Positions 51,101 through 61,800 of a DNA stretch of 64,000 nt are shown here, piece by piece (position 1 is the stretch's first letter; the number at the start of each line of letters is the position of its first letter). The notes beneath the pieces are model-generated. The model worked only from the letters and a program-made list of their open reading frames with translations, made no database searches and was not told the origin of the DNA. The position numbers were made by a program, and so were the translations under genes. The stretch comes from Leucoraja erinacea (Eukaryota): contig NC_073400.1 of the NCBI RefSeq assembly GCF_028641065.1, positions 29,450,001 through 29,514,000 of the forward strand, given 5' to 3'.

Positions 51101-54026
51101 TCAGTTGCAAAAGATCATGAACAGCTTAGTCCCAACAGCCATCATGCTATTAAACTCTACAGCCGTCAGTAAGCTCTGAACTACGTAGACTATTGTGGTT
51201 ATTAATGCACTATTTATGTTTGTTTTTCTTTATGTTCATTTGTGCGCGGTCTACGGTCTACATGCGGTCTCAATGTTTACATATTCTGTTCTGCTGCTGC
51301 TTAAGAATGTTATTGTCCGATGGGGGACAGATGACAGATGACAATAATACACCCTTGACTCTCTCGATGTCATACTGAGAACCGTCACCATCTCCATGCA
51401 AGAGCCCGTGTCAAACAACTGTGCTCTCCTGCTGGACTACCAATGAAAAATGGGAAACTTAATTTAATTTTCTCCTCTCGGCAGAGTATAAATATCATTG
51501 TGGGCGCCCGACCACGGAATCAGCATCGACACAATCTGTCAACACAGAAACAACATCGGACATTCCCCCAGAGGAAACGTTTCAACCCCGTACTACTGAA
51601 AGGTACAACCAAAATTATTGGTTTCCACGTTGGTACTATTTTTATGTGAGCGGAGATTGGGGTAAAATTCCCTCATTTACTCGCAAACACCAAAAGCATG
51701 TGGATAAAACGATTTTTACTCATACTGAATATTGGGAATTGAATATACACAATTCTCACCTGTAAGGCAAGTTTCTCACACTAACATGTTTAATGCCACG
51801 GGCATAGAAGTGGAAGGTTATGTAATTACTTGAGAACGTAGCTCGTGAAAGTGAACATGTTGGCTCCGAGATTAGAATCTCCTATCAAAGATGCTGCCTG
51901 CCGGATAAGAAATTTCAAACTACTCATCTCTGGATCAGCGTCTGAAGAAGGCTTTCGACCGGCCACATTGCCTATCAACACCCTCCAGAGATGCTGCCTG
52001 ACCCGCCGAGTTTCTCCAGCATTCTGTGTCTTTCTTTTGTAAACGATTATCTTTAGTTCCTTGGATCTCCGTAATATTTACAAAGTTGAAAGGGATAATC
52101 CCTGATGGATTTGGATAATGTTTACCCTTGAAGCATCATCACCATCGTGGGTCATTTTCACACTGTTTGCGGGACTTCTTTTTCCAAATAGATTTTCACT
52201 GTACCTCGGTACACGTGACAAAAATATACTAAACCAAAGTAAACCAAATTGCACTAAACCTGCTGTAACCAGGTCGGCGCCTATGTTTGAGTTTAGTTTA
52301 AGTTTGGTTTATTGTCACGTGTTTCGAGGTTCAGTGAAAAACTTTTGTTGTGCGCTAACCAGTCAGCGGGAAGACAATGCATGGTGACAATCGAGTCAGC
52401 CACAGTGTACGGATGCCCGATAAGGGGAATAACGCGAGTGCAGGGTAAAGCCAGTAAATTCCGATCAAAGATGGTCTGGGGGTCTCTAATTAGGTAGATA
52501 GTAGTTTAGTCTGAAGAAGAATCTCGACCCGAAACGTCGCCCATTCCTTCTTTCCATAGATGCTGTAGTTCAGGACTGCTCTCTTTCTCAAACTGCCCTT
52601 CATTTACCGCACTTAACACACATTCTGTGGTTCTTGGTTTCTTGGTTCTCCAAAATATTCCAAATGGAATTTAAATCTGGAGGTGGTGGAGGGAGGACTT
52701 AAGCCAGAAAGGGTAAAAATATGGAACGCTTCACGAATTTGCGTGTCATGCTTGCGCAGGGGCCATGCTAATCTTCTCTGCGGTAAAGTGGACCTGCTCA
52801 ATGCTAGACATTTTTTCTTTCAGCGATGAACCAGGGCTGACTTCCTATTCTCGGTACCACATACCCACCTACATCAGTGTGATGGCTGTCCTTCTTCCGT
52901 TGGCGTTTGTTGCTGGTCTGTTTTGGTACCTGAAACGTAAAAACAGGGGTATGTTTTTTGTTTTTCTTTCATAGTTTGATGATTACGTGAGAATTTGCAA
53001 CATAGTGTATTTTTTTTAAGTTCTAATGGACAGAGCTGCACATTTGAAGTGCTCTCGTCATAATGTAGGAAGCAAGGATGCTTTTATGAGTTAACAACCA
53101 TTTAAAAAAAAGTTTTAGTGTTGTAGTGTGGAACCATAACCTGCAGCCGAAATCAGCCCACGACGACCATCGATACTAATCGGTTCACGCTGACCATCGA
53201 TCAGCCGTTCCCACTACTTCCATGCTACTCCACTTTCTCTTCCACATCCTGCACAATTTCCCCACTTCCTCATAATTCGACAGAGCAGATTTTTGATCAG
53301 TGCGTGGAATCATGCTGCAGCAGCGGGTCTGGTGGTTACACAAGTCTGAATGCAACTCATGGGTATTTACTGTCCCTGACATGGTCCTTTCAACAGTTGT
53401 ATTTCCAATGTTATATTTTCCAGAATTCAAGTGGATCACATATTACAGAGATGGCAGTGGAGACAACCAGGTAAAGGTGTAACATGTTATTTCTTCAAAT
53501 GTTTCAATATATTCGTAAGTTCATAAATGTCTGGAGCAATATTTCGCCGTTTTGGTCCATCAAGTCTACTCTGTCATTCAATCACGGCTGATCGATCTTA
53601 CCCTCTCAACCCCATTCACCTCCCTTCGCCCCATAACCCCTGACACCCGTCCTCATCAAGCATCGATCAACCTCTACCCTAAAAATATCCATTGACTTGA
53701 TCTCCGTAGACTTCTGTGGCAATGAATTCCAGATATCGACATGATTTGTTTGCAGTGGGTTATACCAGCTCCATCACCACTCGTTGCACGCTAGATTGAA
53801 TCGTCTACACAAAGCGACTCCCATCTTACTTCTTTGAGCCCCATCAGCAAATTGTATACTGCACAAGTTAATGCCTATGAATTACTTGCATTCAGAGTAA
53901 TTATGAGTAAAGAATCGATCCATTGTTCTGTTTGATAATTGTTGCGTTAGAGTTTCATTCATTACAAAATAATTTGTATCTTTCTTTTAGGAAATTGTAG
54001 CTCTGGAAGGGATTGACGATATTTGA
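45064..54026 (+). CDS. Gene D: MDIR/CD300-like receptor with a short ITIM-less tail (333 aa). Exons 45064-45100, 48029-48343, 49949-50272, 51485-51602, 52824-52948, 53424-53470, 53991-54026
   Basis: Consistent phases and the same exon architecture as gene B; uncharged TM; early TGA at 54024-54026. Confidence 0.8.
46711..46900. repeat. 30-bp minisatellite, about 6.3 units (GCTGGCAGCTCAGTCACTCAGGCCTGGTGG)
   Basis: Directly visible periodicity inside the Helitron. Confidence 0.9.
47325..47545. repeat. Imperfect tandem repeat of about 55-60 bp, 3-4 units (GCCAAACA...TTGCAGTTTCAAGCA)
   Basis: Directly visible inside the Helitron. Confidence 0.7.
48029..48343 (+). CDS. Gene D Ig V exon
   Basis: tttcag/gtacgt, 315 nt, open. 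Confidence 0.92.
49949..50272 (+). CDS. Gene D Ig C2-type exon
   Basis: cccacag/gtaagt, 324 nt, open. Confidence 0.92.
51485..51602 (+). CDS. Gene D stalk exon (EYKYHCGRPTTESASTQSVNTETTS...)
   Basis: cggcag/gtacaa, 118 nt, Thr/Ser-rich. Confidence 0.8.
52715..52780 (-). pseudogene. RNU6: U6 snRNA 5'-truncated retrocopy (U6 nt about 42 to the 3' end)
   Basis: Reverse complement reads CAGAGAAGATTAGCATGGCCCCTGCGCAAGCATGACACGCAAATTCGTGAAGCGTTCCATATTTTT, one mismatch to vertebrate U6 as I recall it; GGTAAA on both flanks. Confidence 0.93.
52824..52948 (+). CDS. Gene D TM exon (...IPTYISVMAVLLPLAFVAGLFWYLKRKNR)
   Basis: tttcag/gtatgt; hydrophobic helix followed by a basic stretch. Confidence 0.88.
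53424..53470 (+). CDS. Gene D first cytoplasmic exon (EFKWITYYRDGSGDNQ)
   Basis: ttccag/gtaaag, 47 nt. Confidence 0.8.
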
Positions 54027-54874
54027 CATCTGCAAAGACCAACGCGCCAGCTCGCCACGTGGCTAGCAATGTACATACACTTTCCTATGCAACAGTGTAA
54101 TTTGAATGGAACTGGGTGGCAGGGCACTTGGTTACTAACAGCAAAATGTCACCCACAGCCGACAACTGTCAAACTAACCCCCCGCCCCGCCACCCAACCT
54201 CCCCTGCCAATAATTGCTATAGTGCAGTAGCTAATTACACATGGAATATAAGCTCCGTTGCTTTTTACTTCCCCCTTGCTTCAATGTTGCATTGACGTCC
54301 TTCTACCGTAGTCTAACCACATACTTTGTTTAACGTGTTTTGTTCCAAGGAGTTCTTTCCAATTCCACCCCCACCCCCACTAGTAGATTATTATTCGCAA
54401 ATTTAATTAATTGTCGTTAACCTTCTAGTTCTACATCTTTGCTGATGGCGAAAATCGTCAAGTTTCTCATTCTAAACGTTGCATTTGGAATCTTGGTGGG
54501 ATTGGGCAAGAACAGCCCAAGTGAGAGGTGTTTGGGGAAAGGTGAGGTGCGGAACCGAGTGCTCGTTCCCAGTTAGTCAGCTCTGATCTATTGCAAACGC
54601 ACGAGTAGACACTCTGATATTGAAAGAGGCAATGGCTAATGTAATGGTGGAATGACAACTGCAGGAATTTGAAGGGCTGAATAAAACATGTACGAGTATG
54701 GATAAAGATGGGATCATTGTTTATAAAGCTCAATAATGATTGTAGGTATATGAGTAAATACATCAAACGGTGTCTTATCATACCAGAACCCAACAACTGA
54801 AGATGAAAGTTACAAAATGAGCTCAGCATTTTGCGACTCAGTGCGTCAGGCGACAGTTCTGAAGAAAATGGATC

Positions 54875-54905
54875 GGTGATGTTTCGGCTCGGAAGCCTTC
54901 TTCAG
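54875..54905 (-). ncRNA. Minimal type I hammerhead ribozyme-like motif (Penelope-associated)
   Basis: CTGAAGA-A-GGCT-TCCG-AGCC-GAAAC-ATC: catalytic core boxes, 4-bp stem II, UNCG loop, NUH triplet. Confidence 0.5.
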
Positions 54906-54924
54906 CCTGATGGTTCAGCCTGAT

Positions 54925-54965
<41 letters not shown>

Positions 54966-56300
54966 CGAAAGCAAGTTTTTGTTTTGTTCTCCACAATCTG
55001 CCTGAAGAAGTCTCTCGACCCGAAACGTCACCTATCCATTACCCCAAGGGGCCTGATCCGTTCAGTTACACCACATATTAGAAACATAAATAGGTGCAGG
55101 AGGAAGCCATTCGGCCCTTCGAGCCAGCACCGCCATTCATTGCGATCATAGCTGATCGTCCCCATTCAATAACCCGTGCCTGCCTTCTCCCCATATCCCT
55201 TGATTCCACTAGCCCCATAGAGCTCTATCTAACTCATATATAACTAATATAGTGTAGATCGTTGGTATAAACCAGCATTTGCAGTTCATTTTTACTATAC
55301 TCGAAGAAGACCACGAGTTCAAGTGCTCAGAGAAGAACTCGCCAGGATCGAACCATGGCAAGACTCAGCAAGTGTGGGTGATATCGGTATCCATGAGTGC
55401 TTGGAAACTGTGAAATAAACAAATGCAGTCATGGTTTGGAAGTTGTGAAAGAAAACCAACGAGTTGTGCAATTAATACAATTGTCAGACTAAATAATTAA
55501 CTAATCTCGTTTGAAACTACACTTGGAAACTTATGTTTGAACTAATCGTGATTAATAAAGTATAGCCGATAGATAAAGTCATTGTCTTGTGTGCTTTGTC
55601 ATGTAAGGCCTTTGCTCGACAACATATTCTCACTGAAACATATGTGGCTGTGGGCCAACATTATGGAGGTTTAAACATTTATAAGGGGCATGGACAGGAT
55701 AGATGGAATCAATTTCATAGGGCAGAAGAGTCTTTAATCAGTGGGCAGATTTAAGGTCTGCCCACTACCTGATATCCCGGTCGCTAAACACTTTCCATTC
55801 CCACACTGACATTTCTGTCCTGGGCATCCTCCATTGTCAGAGTGAGTCCCAGCGCAAATTGGAGGAAGGGCACCTCATATTTCGCTTGCGCAGCTTACAC
55901 CCCAGCGGTGTGAACATTGACATCTCTAACTTCAAGTAACCCTCGCTTTCCCTCTCAACCCCCCCCCCCCCCCCCTCCCTGCTTCGCAGTTCTCCGATCA
56001 CTACGACAGGCTTCGACTACATTTGATCTCTAATTACTTTGTTGTTACCTTCTCCCAGCTACCAATCATCTATTCTACATTTCCCATTGATCTGCATTCC
56101 CTTTGTCCAGTTTTTGACCCGAAACTTCGCTCATTCCTTTCACCGAGCCCACGCCAACCAGCAATCAACCCTTTCACACTGGTTCTGTATCACCCCCACT
56201 TTCGCGTCTTTTGAGTACCATAATATTGATAAACATTTTAATGCTGTAACGAGTTATTCATTATGTCCACCGTACACACGTGTTAAATCACTATAAATAA

Positions 56301-56620
56301 TGGCCACGGTGGCGCAACGGCAGAGTTGCCGCCTTACAGCGTTTGCCGCACAGGAGACCCGGGTTCGATACCGACTGCGGGAGCTGTCTGTACGGAGTTT
56401 GTACGTTCTCCTCATGATCGCGTGAGTTTTCTCCGAGATCTTCGGGTTCGTCCCACACTCCATTGACGTGCAGGTATGTAGCTTGATTGGCTTGATATCA
56501 ATGTAAATTGTCCACAGTGTATATGGGGTAGTGTTAATGTGCGGCGATGGCTGGTCATTGTGGACTCAGTGGGCCGAAGGGCCTGTTTCCGCCCTGCATC
56601 TCCAAACTAAACTAAACTAA
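56301..56620 (+). mobile_element. tRNA-derived SINE (HE1-like) with (CTAAA)n tail
   Basis: A/B boxes and core; lies at the edge of the A/E homology. Confidence 0.75.
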
Positions 56621-58860
56621 ACTAGTGGAAAGTCTATTGTTGTGCAGAACAAAATGGTTGAGTTGCAGCTTGCAAAGGGCGGGGTGTGAAACTGCAAATA
56701 CCCTGTGTTGCTTTCCTCAGTCTGACTTGTGACTGTAACCCCGCCCATGAAAGAACTGTGAAGGATGTTATTTGGAAATAAGAAATGGTGACCTGCAATA
56801 ACGGAGTAACCGCCATAAAGTTCGGATAGACTCAAGAATTGCTTTGGGTAAAATATCCCACTGACAAAGATAAATATTCTCCACATAGTTAGCTGGGGAC
56901 AAGGAAATGAGACCAGAGTCTGAACTCACAAACCCCCAGGTCATGGATATTAGAGGGGTGTTGAATAGCCAGAGATACTTGCAGATTCTGTGGTCACATT
57001 GATGCTGCCTGGCCGGTTCAAATTGAGCTTGTTAATGGTCTAATGGGGGGATGATCTTGAATTGGAGCTTTTCCACACTGCAGGACATCCCACAGCGCCT
57101 CACGGATAGTGAGAGCTAAACGGTCTGAGATGCCACAGATAGACACAAAATATTGGAGCAACTCAGCGGGATGGGCAGCGTCACTGGAGGGAAAGAACGG
57201 GTGACATTTCGGATCGATGCCACGGTTGTTTTTTAGTGGTGGGTGCTGACTTGCAATGTACTTTAATCTAATATGTTCAAACAGCCATCTCTTCCTTCAC
57301 AATGAACTGTTCTGCAGTGCTGACACTTTGCTCGCGCTGCTGAAACAAGGGTATGCAGATTCGTATCTCTGAACCGCATGTCGCGTGCAGCTCGGTGTAA
57401 CACTGTTTGCTGAGCTGTGTTTGCAGAAGTCACGGGTCAAAGGCGAATGAAGACAGGATTAAATTGTTTTGCTGCATCGTAGGTTCCTCTCTACAGAGTT
57501 TTTAGTTGGGCAAGTAAACAGGAAAAAGATCCTTTACTGAGGGTCGCCAACGCTCAGCTAACATAAGTGGTGGACACATCAGTGTGTTACACCCATACCA
57601 CGTGATGCACAACATTGCCATTGATGTACACAACCCGAATAAACTGCACTGTTCCCCTGAAAGTGACACACCCAGAAAGATAGCCCGCAGCAGATATTAG
57701 GTCATATTATAATGCAACTAGTTGCCTACAGAATGAAATCGTTGCAAGCAGATGTACAAAGTCAGCCAATGGAATGTACATGAGCACAACTCTGATAATT
57801 TATTGGCTCTTGTGAAGAAGACAAGTTAACAATTCAATTCACCGTGCATATTCTACCTTGCCTTAACATCACTATGTGTATCACTTCGTTCTTGTTTGAG
57901 TTACATTACACATGTCAGTTACATTCCACATCCCGCTTTCCCAGCTGATCTCCATCCTGTGGTAATTCTAGACAAACTCCTTCACAGTCCACAACACCAT
58001 TAATTGTCATTTTCAAAACGTGAATATCATGACAATAGTGTTTCAAAGTTTGAATGAAAGAGTTGAAGCAATGAGAAGAGGCTCAAAATCGAATTAACCT
58101 CAGTTGATTTCAGGTGGAAAGTCCCTACTTCCTAACGCCATCTTCATGTTTTGCCCCTTGTCAACAGTAAAAGTTCCAATGATTATATTTTTGATCTGCC
58201 GGTCCACTTACAAAATCATCAAGAGGGAATAATCCGGAAGTGTACACATCTTAGAAGTTTCTACTCTTCTAAATATCATATTTCATCCAACGTATTATTG
58301 TTTACATGAGGGGTCCCGACCCGAAACGTCACCTATCCATTTTATCCAGAGGTGCTGCCTGGCCCGCAGAGATGCTCCTGCATTTTATTTTTCTGTCATT
58401 ATTTCCATCACTGTTCAGTGTTAACAGACTCTGAATACAGAGATAACCGCCGCTCCATCCATAGGGATACATCATACACTACTAAGTCGTTGAAGCAGCC
58501 GCAATAACAACATGTAATGGGCACTTGGGCAGGGTCATTGATAGGGAGGGTTTGGGGAGATATGGGTCGGACGTGGACAAATTTGACCAACTTAGATGAG
58601 CATATTGGATTAACGCGTTGGGGAGAAGGGCCCGGTTCCTGCTGTATGACTGTGTGATCATCTGACCCAACCATTTGCTAAAGATATCCCTGAGCCTTTC
58701 ACACTGCATCGTGTCGAGCTGCTACTGGCTCGCTGTGGTTCACGATGTGACTTCCTGTTCCCTTCTTCCTCATTGCTATTTGAGAGATGCGGATGTATCT
58801 GAGAGCTCAGAGCTGAGCGACAGACAGACAAGTGCTGGCCTTGTCACTATGGATAAAACA

Positions 58861-61800
58861 ATGTGGATTCCCATTCTTCTCATCTCCTCGCTGCCGGGTG
58901 AGTGAAAGCCAGATGTTGATATTCCAATGTTCAATGTTAGTTGGGGTCCCGTGCACCCTTTCCACAGCAGAGATGGTTATGTGTGTGTACACATGTAATG
59001 GGGGAAATGGAACTCAGTGCATTGTGGTGATGGATCTGAATTCACATTTGAATATCTAGACTTTGTTCGAGTATTGATGAAAGGCATAAAATAGCGAATA
59101 AATTTGGAGCAGATATTCCAAGACACCTGGACCGAAGAACAGAGGTTCCAACATCACCAGGAAGTTAATTCTACACTAACAAAATGTGTTTAAAACTGAG
59201 GTGGAAGTCACGATTGTGGACTCATTGTGTCAGTTCAAATGTCCCCTGCATTTGTCCAACTCAACTTTGTCTTAAACCCAACAATTCCCCGGAGTCTAAA
59301 ACTGAACCACGGTCCGCGCTCTATCCACCCACTCCCAACTCTCTCTCCATCCTCTCTCCCGTCTGCGGCACAGTCGTGCTGAAAGGTCCAAGGCGAGCCG
59401 GGGTCATCGGGAATAGAACATGGCCCAGATGACCAGCGGGTTCCAAATTCAGTTTAGTTTATTGTCACGTGTACCGAAGTAGAGTGTTTTAGTTGCGAGC
59501 TCCTCCGTCAGCAGAAAGACAATCCATGATTGTTATCGATCATCTTACAGTGCATAGATACAAGAAAAGGAAATAACGTTTAGTGTAAGGTAAAGCCAGC
59601 AAAGTCCGATCAAGGGTAGTCCGAGGGTCATCAGAGAGGTAGATGGGAGTTCAGCACCGCTCTCTGTTTGTGGTAGGATGATTGAGATGCCTGATAACAG
59701 CTGGGATGAAACTGTCCCTGAATCTGGCGGTGTGCGTGTTCACGCTAGTAACGCTCTCCAGTAAGGGACCCGCTTTATTGTAACCCGTCCGTCCTCTGTC
59801 CTCAGTCAGGGCGTTGTAAAGGCGGTGAATGTCTAAACACGGGTCCGGCCCAGTGTCGGTTGAGAGATGAATGTTGGCAGCGCAGCCGGCGGCACCGACA
59901 ATGAAATAGCAAAGTGGGGTCTTTCTGTGGGGTGAGAGGCCGGGCACCGCCTGGGATTGTTGAAAGGCAGCTCCTGCAACACTGCCGCGCTCCCTCAGTA
60001 CCGCACTGCGATCCCAGCCCAGTTTCTGCTCAGGGATCTGGAGTGGGAAGTGAACCCTAATTGTACTGACCCGGGGACAGAACACTGACACAACTGGCAC
60101 AATAACATCACTGCCTGCACTTCAGACCGGAGACATTGGCTGTGAAGCAATATGACACATTATGGAACGTTTTAAGTTTTCTTTCATGTAATCTTCAAAA
60201 TGTATCTATTTCCATTAAACAGTTCATTTGCTCTCCATCTGAAAGTTTCTCCCCTCAGTTTCAGGTGCAGTGCGGGGAAAGAGGGAGGTAAGAGGAGTTG
60301 TGGGAAGAGCGATCACAATCGATTGTCACTATGCAGCAGAGTACCGCTCATACACAAAATACTGGTGCCGTTGGTGGACTATCCAATGTACAGTTTTACT
60401 GGATACAAATGGACAACACGGACGGAGTGGAAGAGTGTCAATCACAGATAACCCGACACGAGAAATATTTACTGTGACTGTGGAGGATCTTCAGTCTGGG
60501 GATACAGGATGGTACAGCTGTGGAGTTTATAAATTTGGCTGGGATCCAATGTTTGACGTTCATCTGCAAGTATATGATGGTACGTTTCGCAGCGATTGGC
60601 TTGACGTCTCCACTGAAATGCCTGGTCCATGTTTTCTCCGGGAAGTGCCACTTTAAGTGGGATGCTCAGCACACTTCCCTGCCTCTGAACTGGAAAAAAA
60701 AATCTAATAATCCGACAGGTACAGATCAGTGAGAAACAGGTGTTGCTCGCGGTCTAAATACCCGGAGAATAATAAACAGGGAATCAGTCCCCAGAGCTCA
60801 ACAGACTGCGTTCAGTGCTCCCGGGGCAGCGCAGCCCGCTCCCCGCCCCCACCTCGGGGATCTGTCACTTTCTCCCCCACCGCGCGCGCTCTCTCTCTCT
60901 CTCCCTCTGCCCCGTCAACGCGCCCCCACCCCCTGCAGCCACTGTCCACCCACCGCCCGGCAGCCAGCCAGCCTCTCCACCCGGACATTTCCCTGGTGGT
61001 AAGGAGAATAATTCATCTTTCGCCCCATCACCCGTCGCACACAGTATATAATCCTCCAACATTTTCGCCACTTCCACCGGAATCCCACAACTAGCCACAT
61101 ATTTCCATCTCCACCGCTTTCTCATCTCCGAAGAGACCGTTCCCTCCGCAACTCCCTGGTCAACTCGTCCTTTCCCACCCAAACCACCCCGTCCCCAGGT
61201 ACCTACAACTGCAGCAGATGCAACACCTGGCCCTATACCTCCTCTGTTCACTCCTTCTAAGGACTCCAACAGTCTTTTCGGGTGAAGCAGCGGTTCACTT
61301 GAATCTTCTCTAAACTCTTCTACTATATCCGCTGTTCCATGTGTGAACAAGATGGGAGACCAAGCGCAGACTCGGCGATCGTTTCGCTGAACAACTGCGC
61401 TCAGTCTGCCTCGGCCTACGCTAATTCCCGTTTGCTAAACACTAACTCCCCCTCCCATTCCCAAACTTACCTTTCTGTCCTGGACCTCCTCCACTGTCAG
61501 AGTGAGGCCAAACGCAAATTGGAGGAACAGCGCCTCATATTTCGCTTGGGCAGCTTACAACCCAGCGGTTTAAATATTGACTTCTCAAACTTCAAGTAAC
61601 CGTTGTTGTACCCCTGTCTCAATCCCGCCCTAGTTCTCCATTTAGATTCACTGTCCTCTTCATTATATTTTACAGATTGTATGCCTCGTTGTCACCTTCC
61701 CTTCGTCTGACAATGATCCATTCTGCATTTCCGTTTAACATTGTCAACTTTTAGCACTTTTTTTCCCTCCTTATTCTTCCATTACTCTTCTGTCACCTAG

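Noticed and set aside
52715-52780. Functional U6 snRNA gene
   Set aside because: It lacks the 5' 41 nt including the 5' stem-loop, and no U6 promoter is recognisable.
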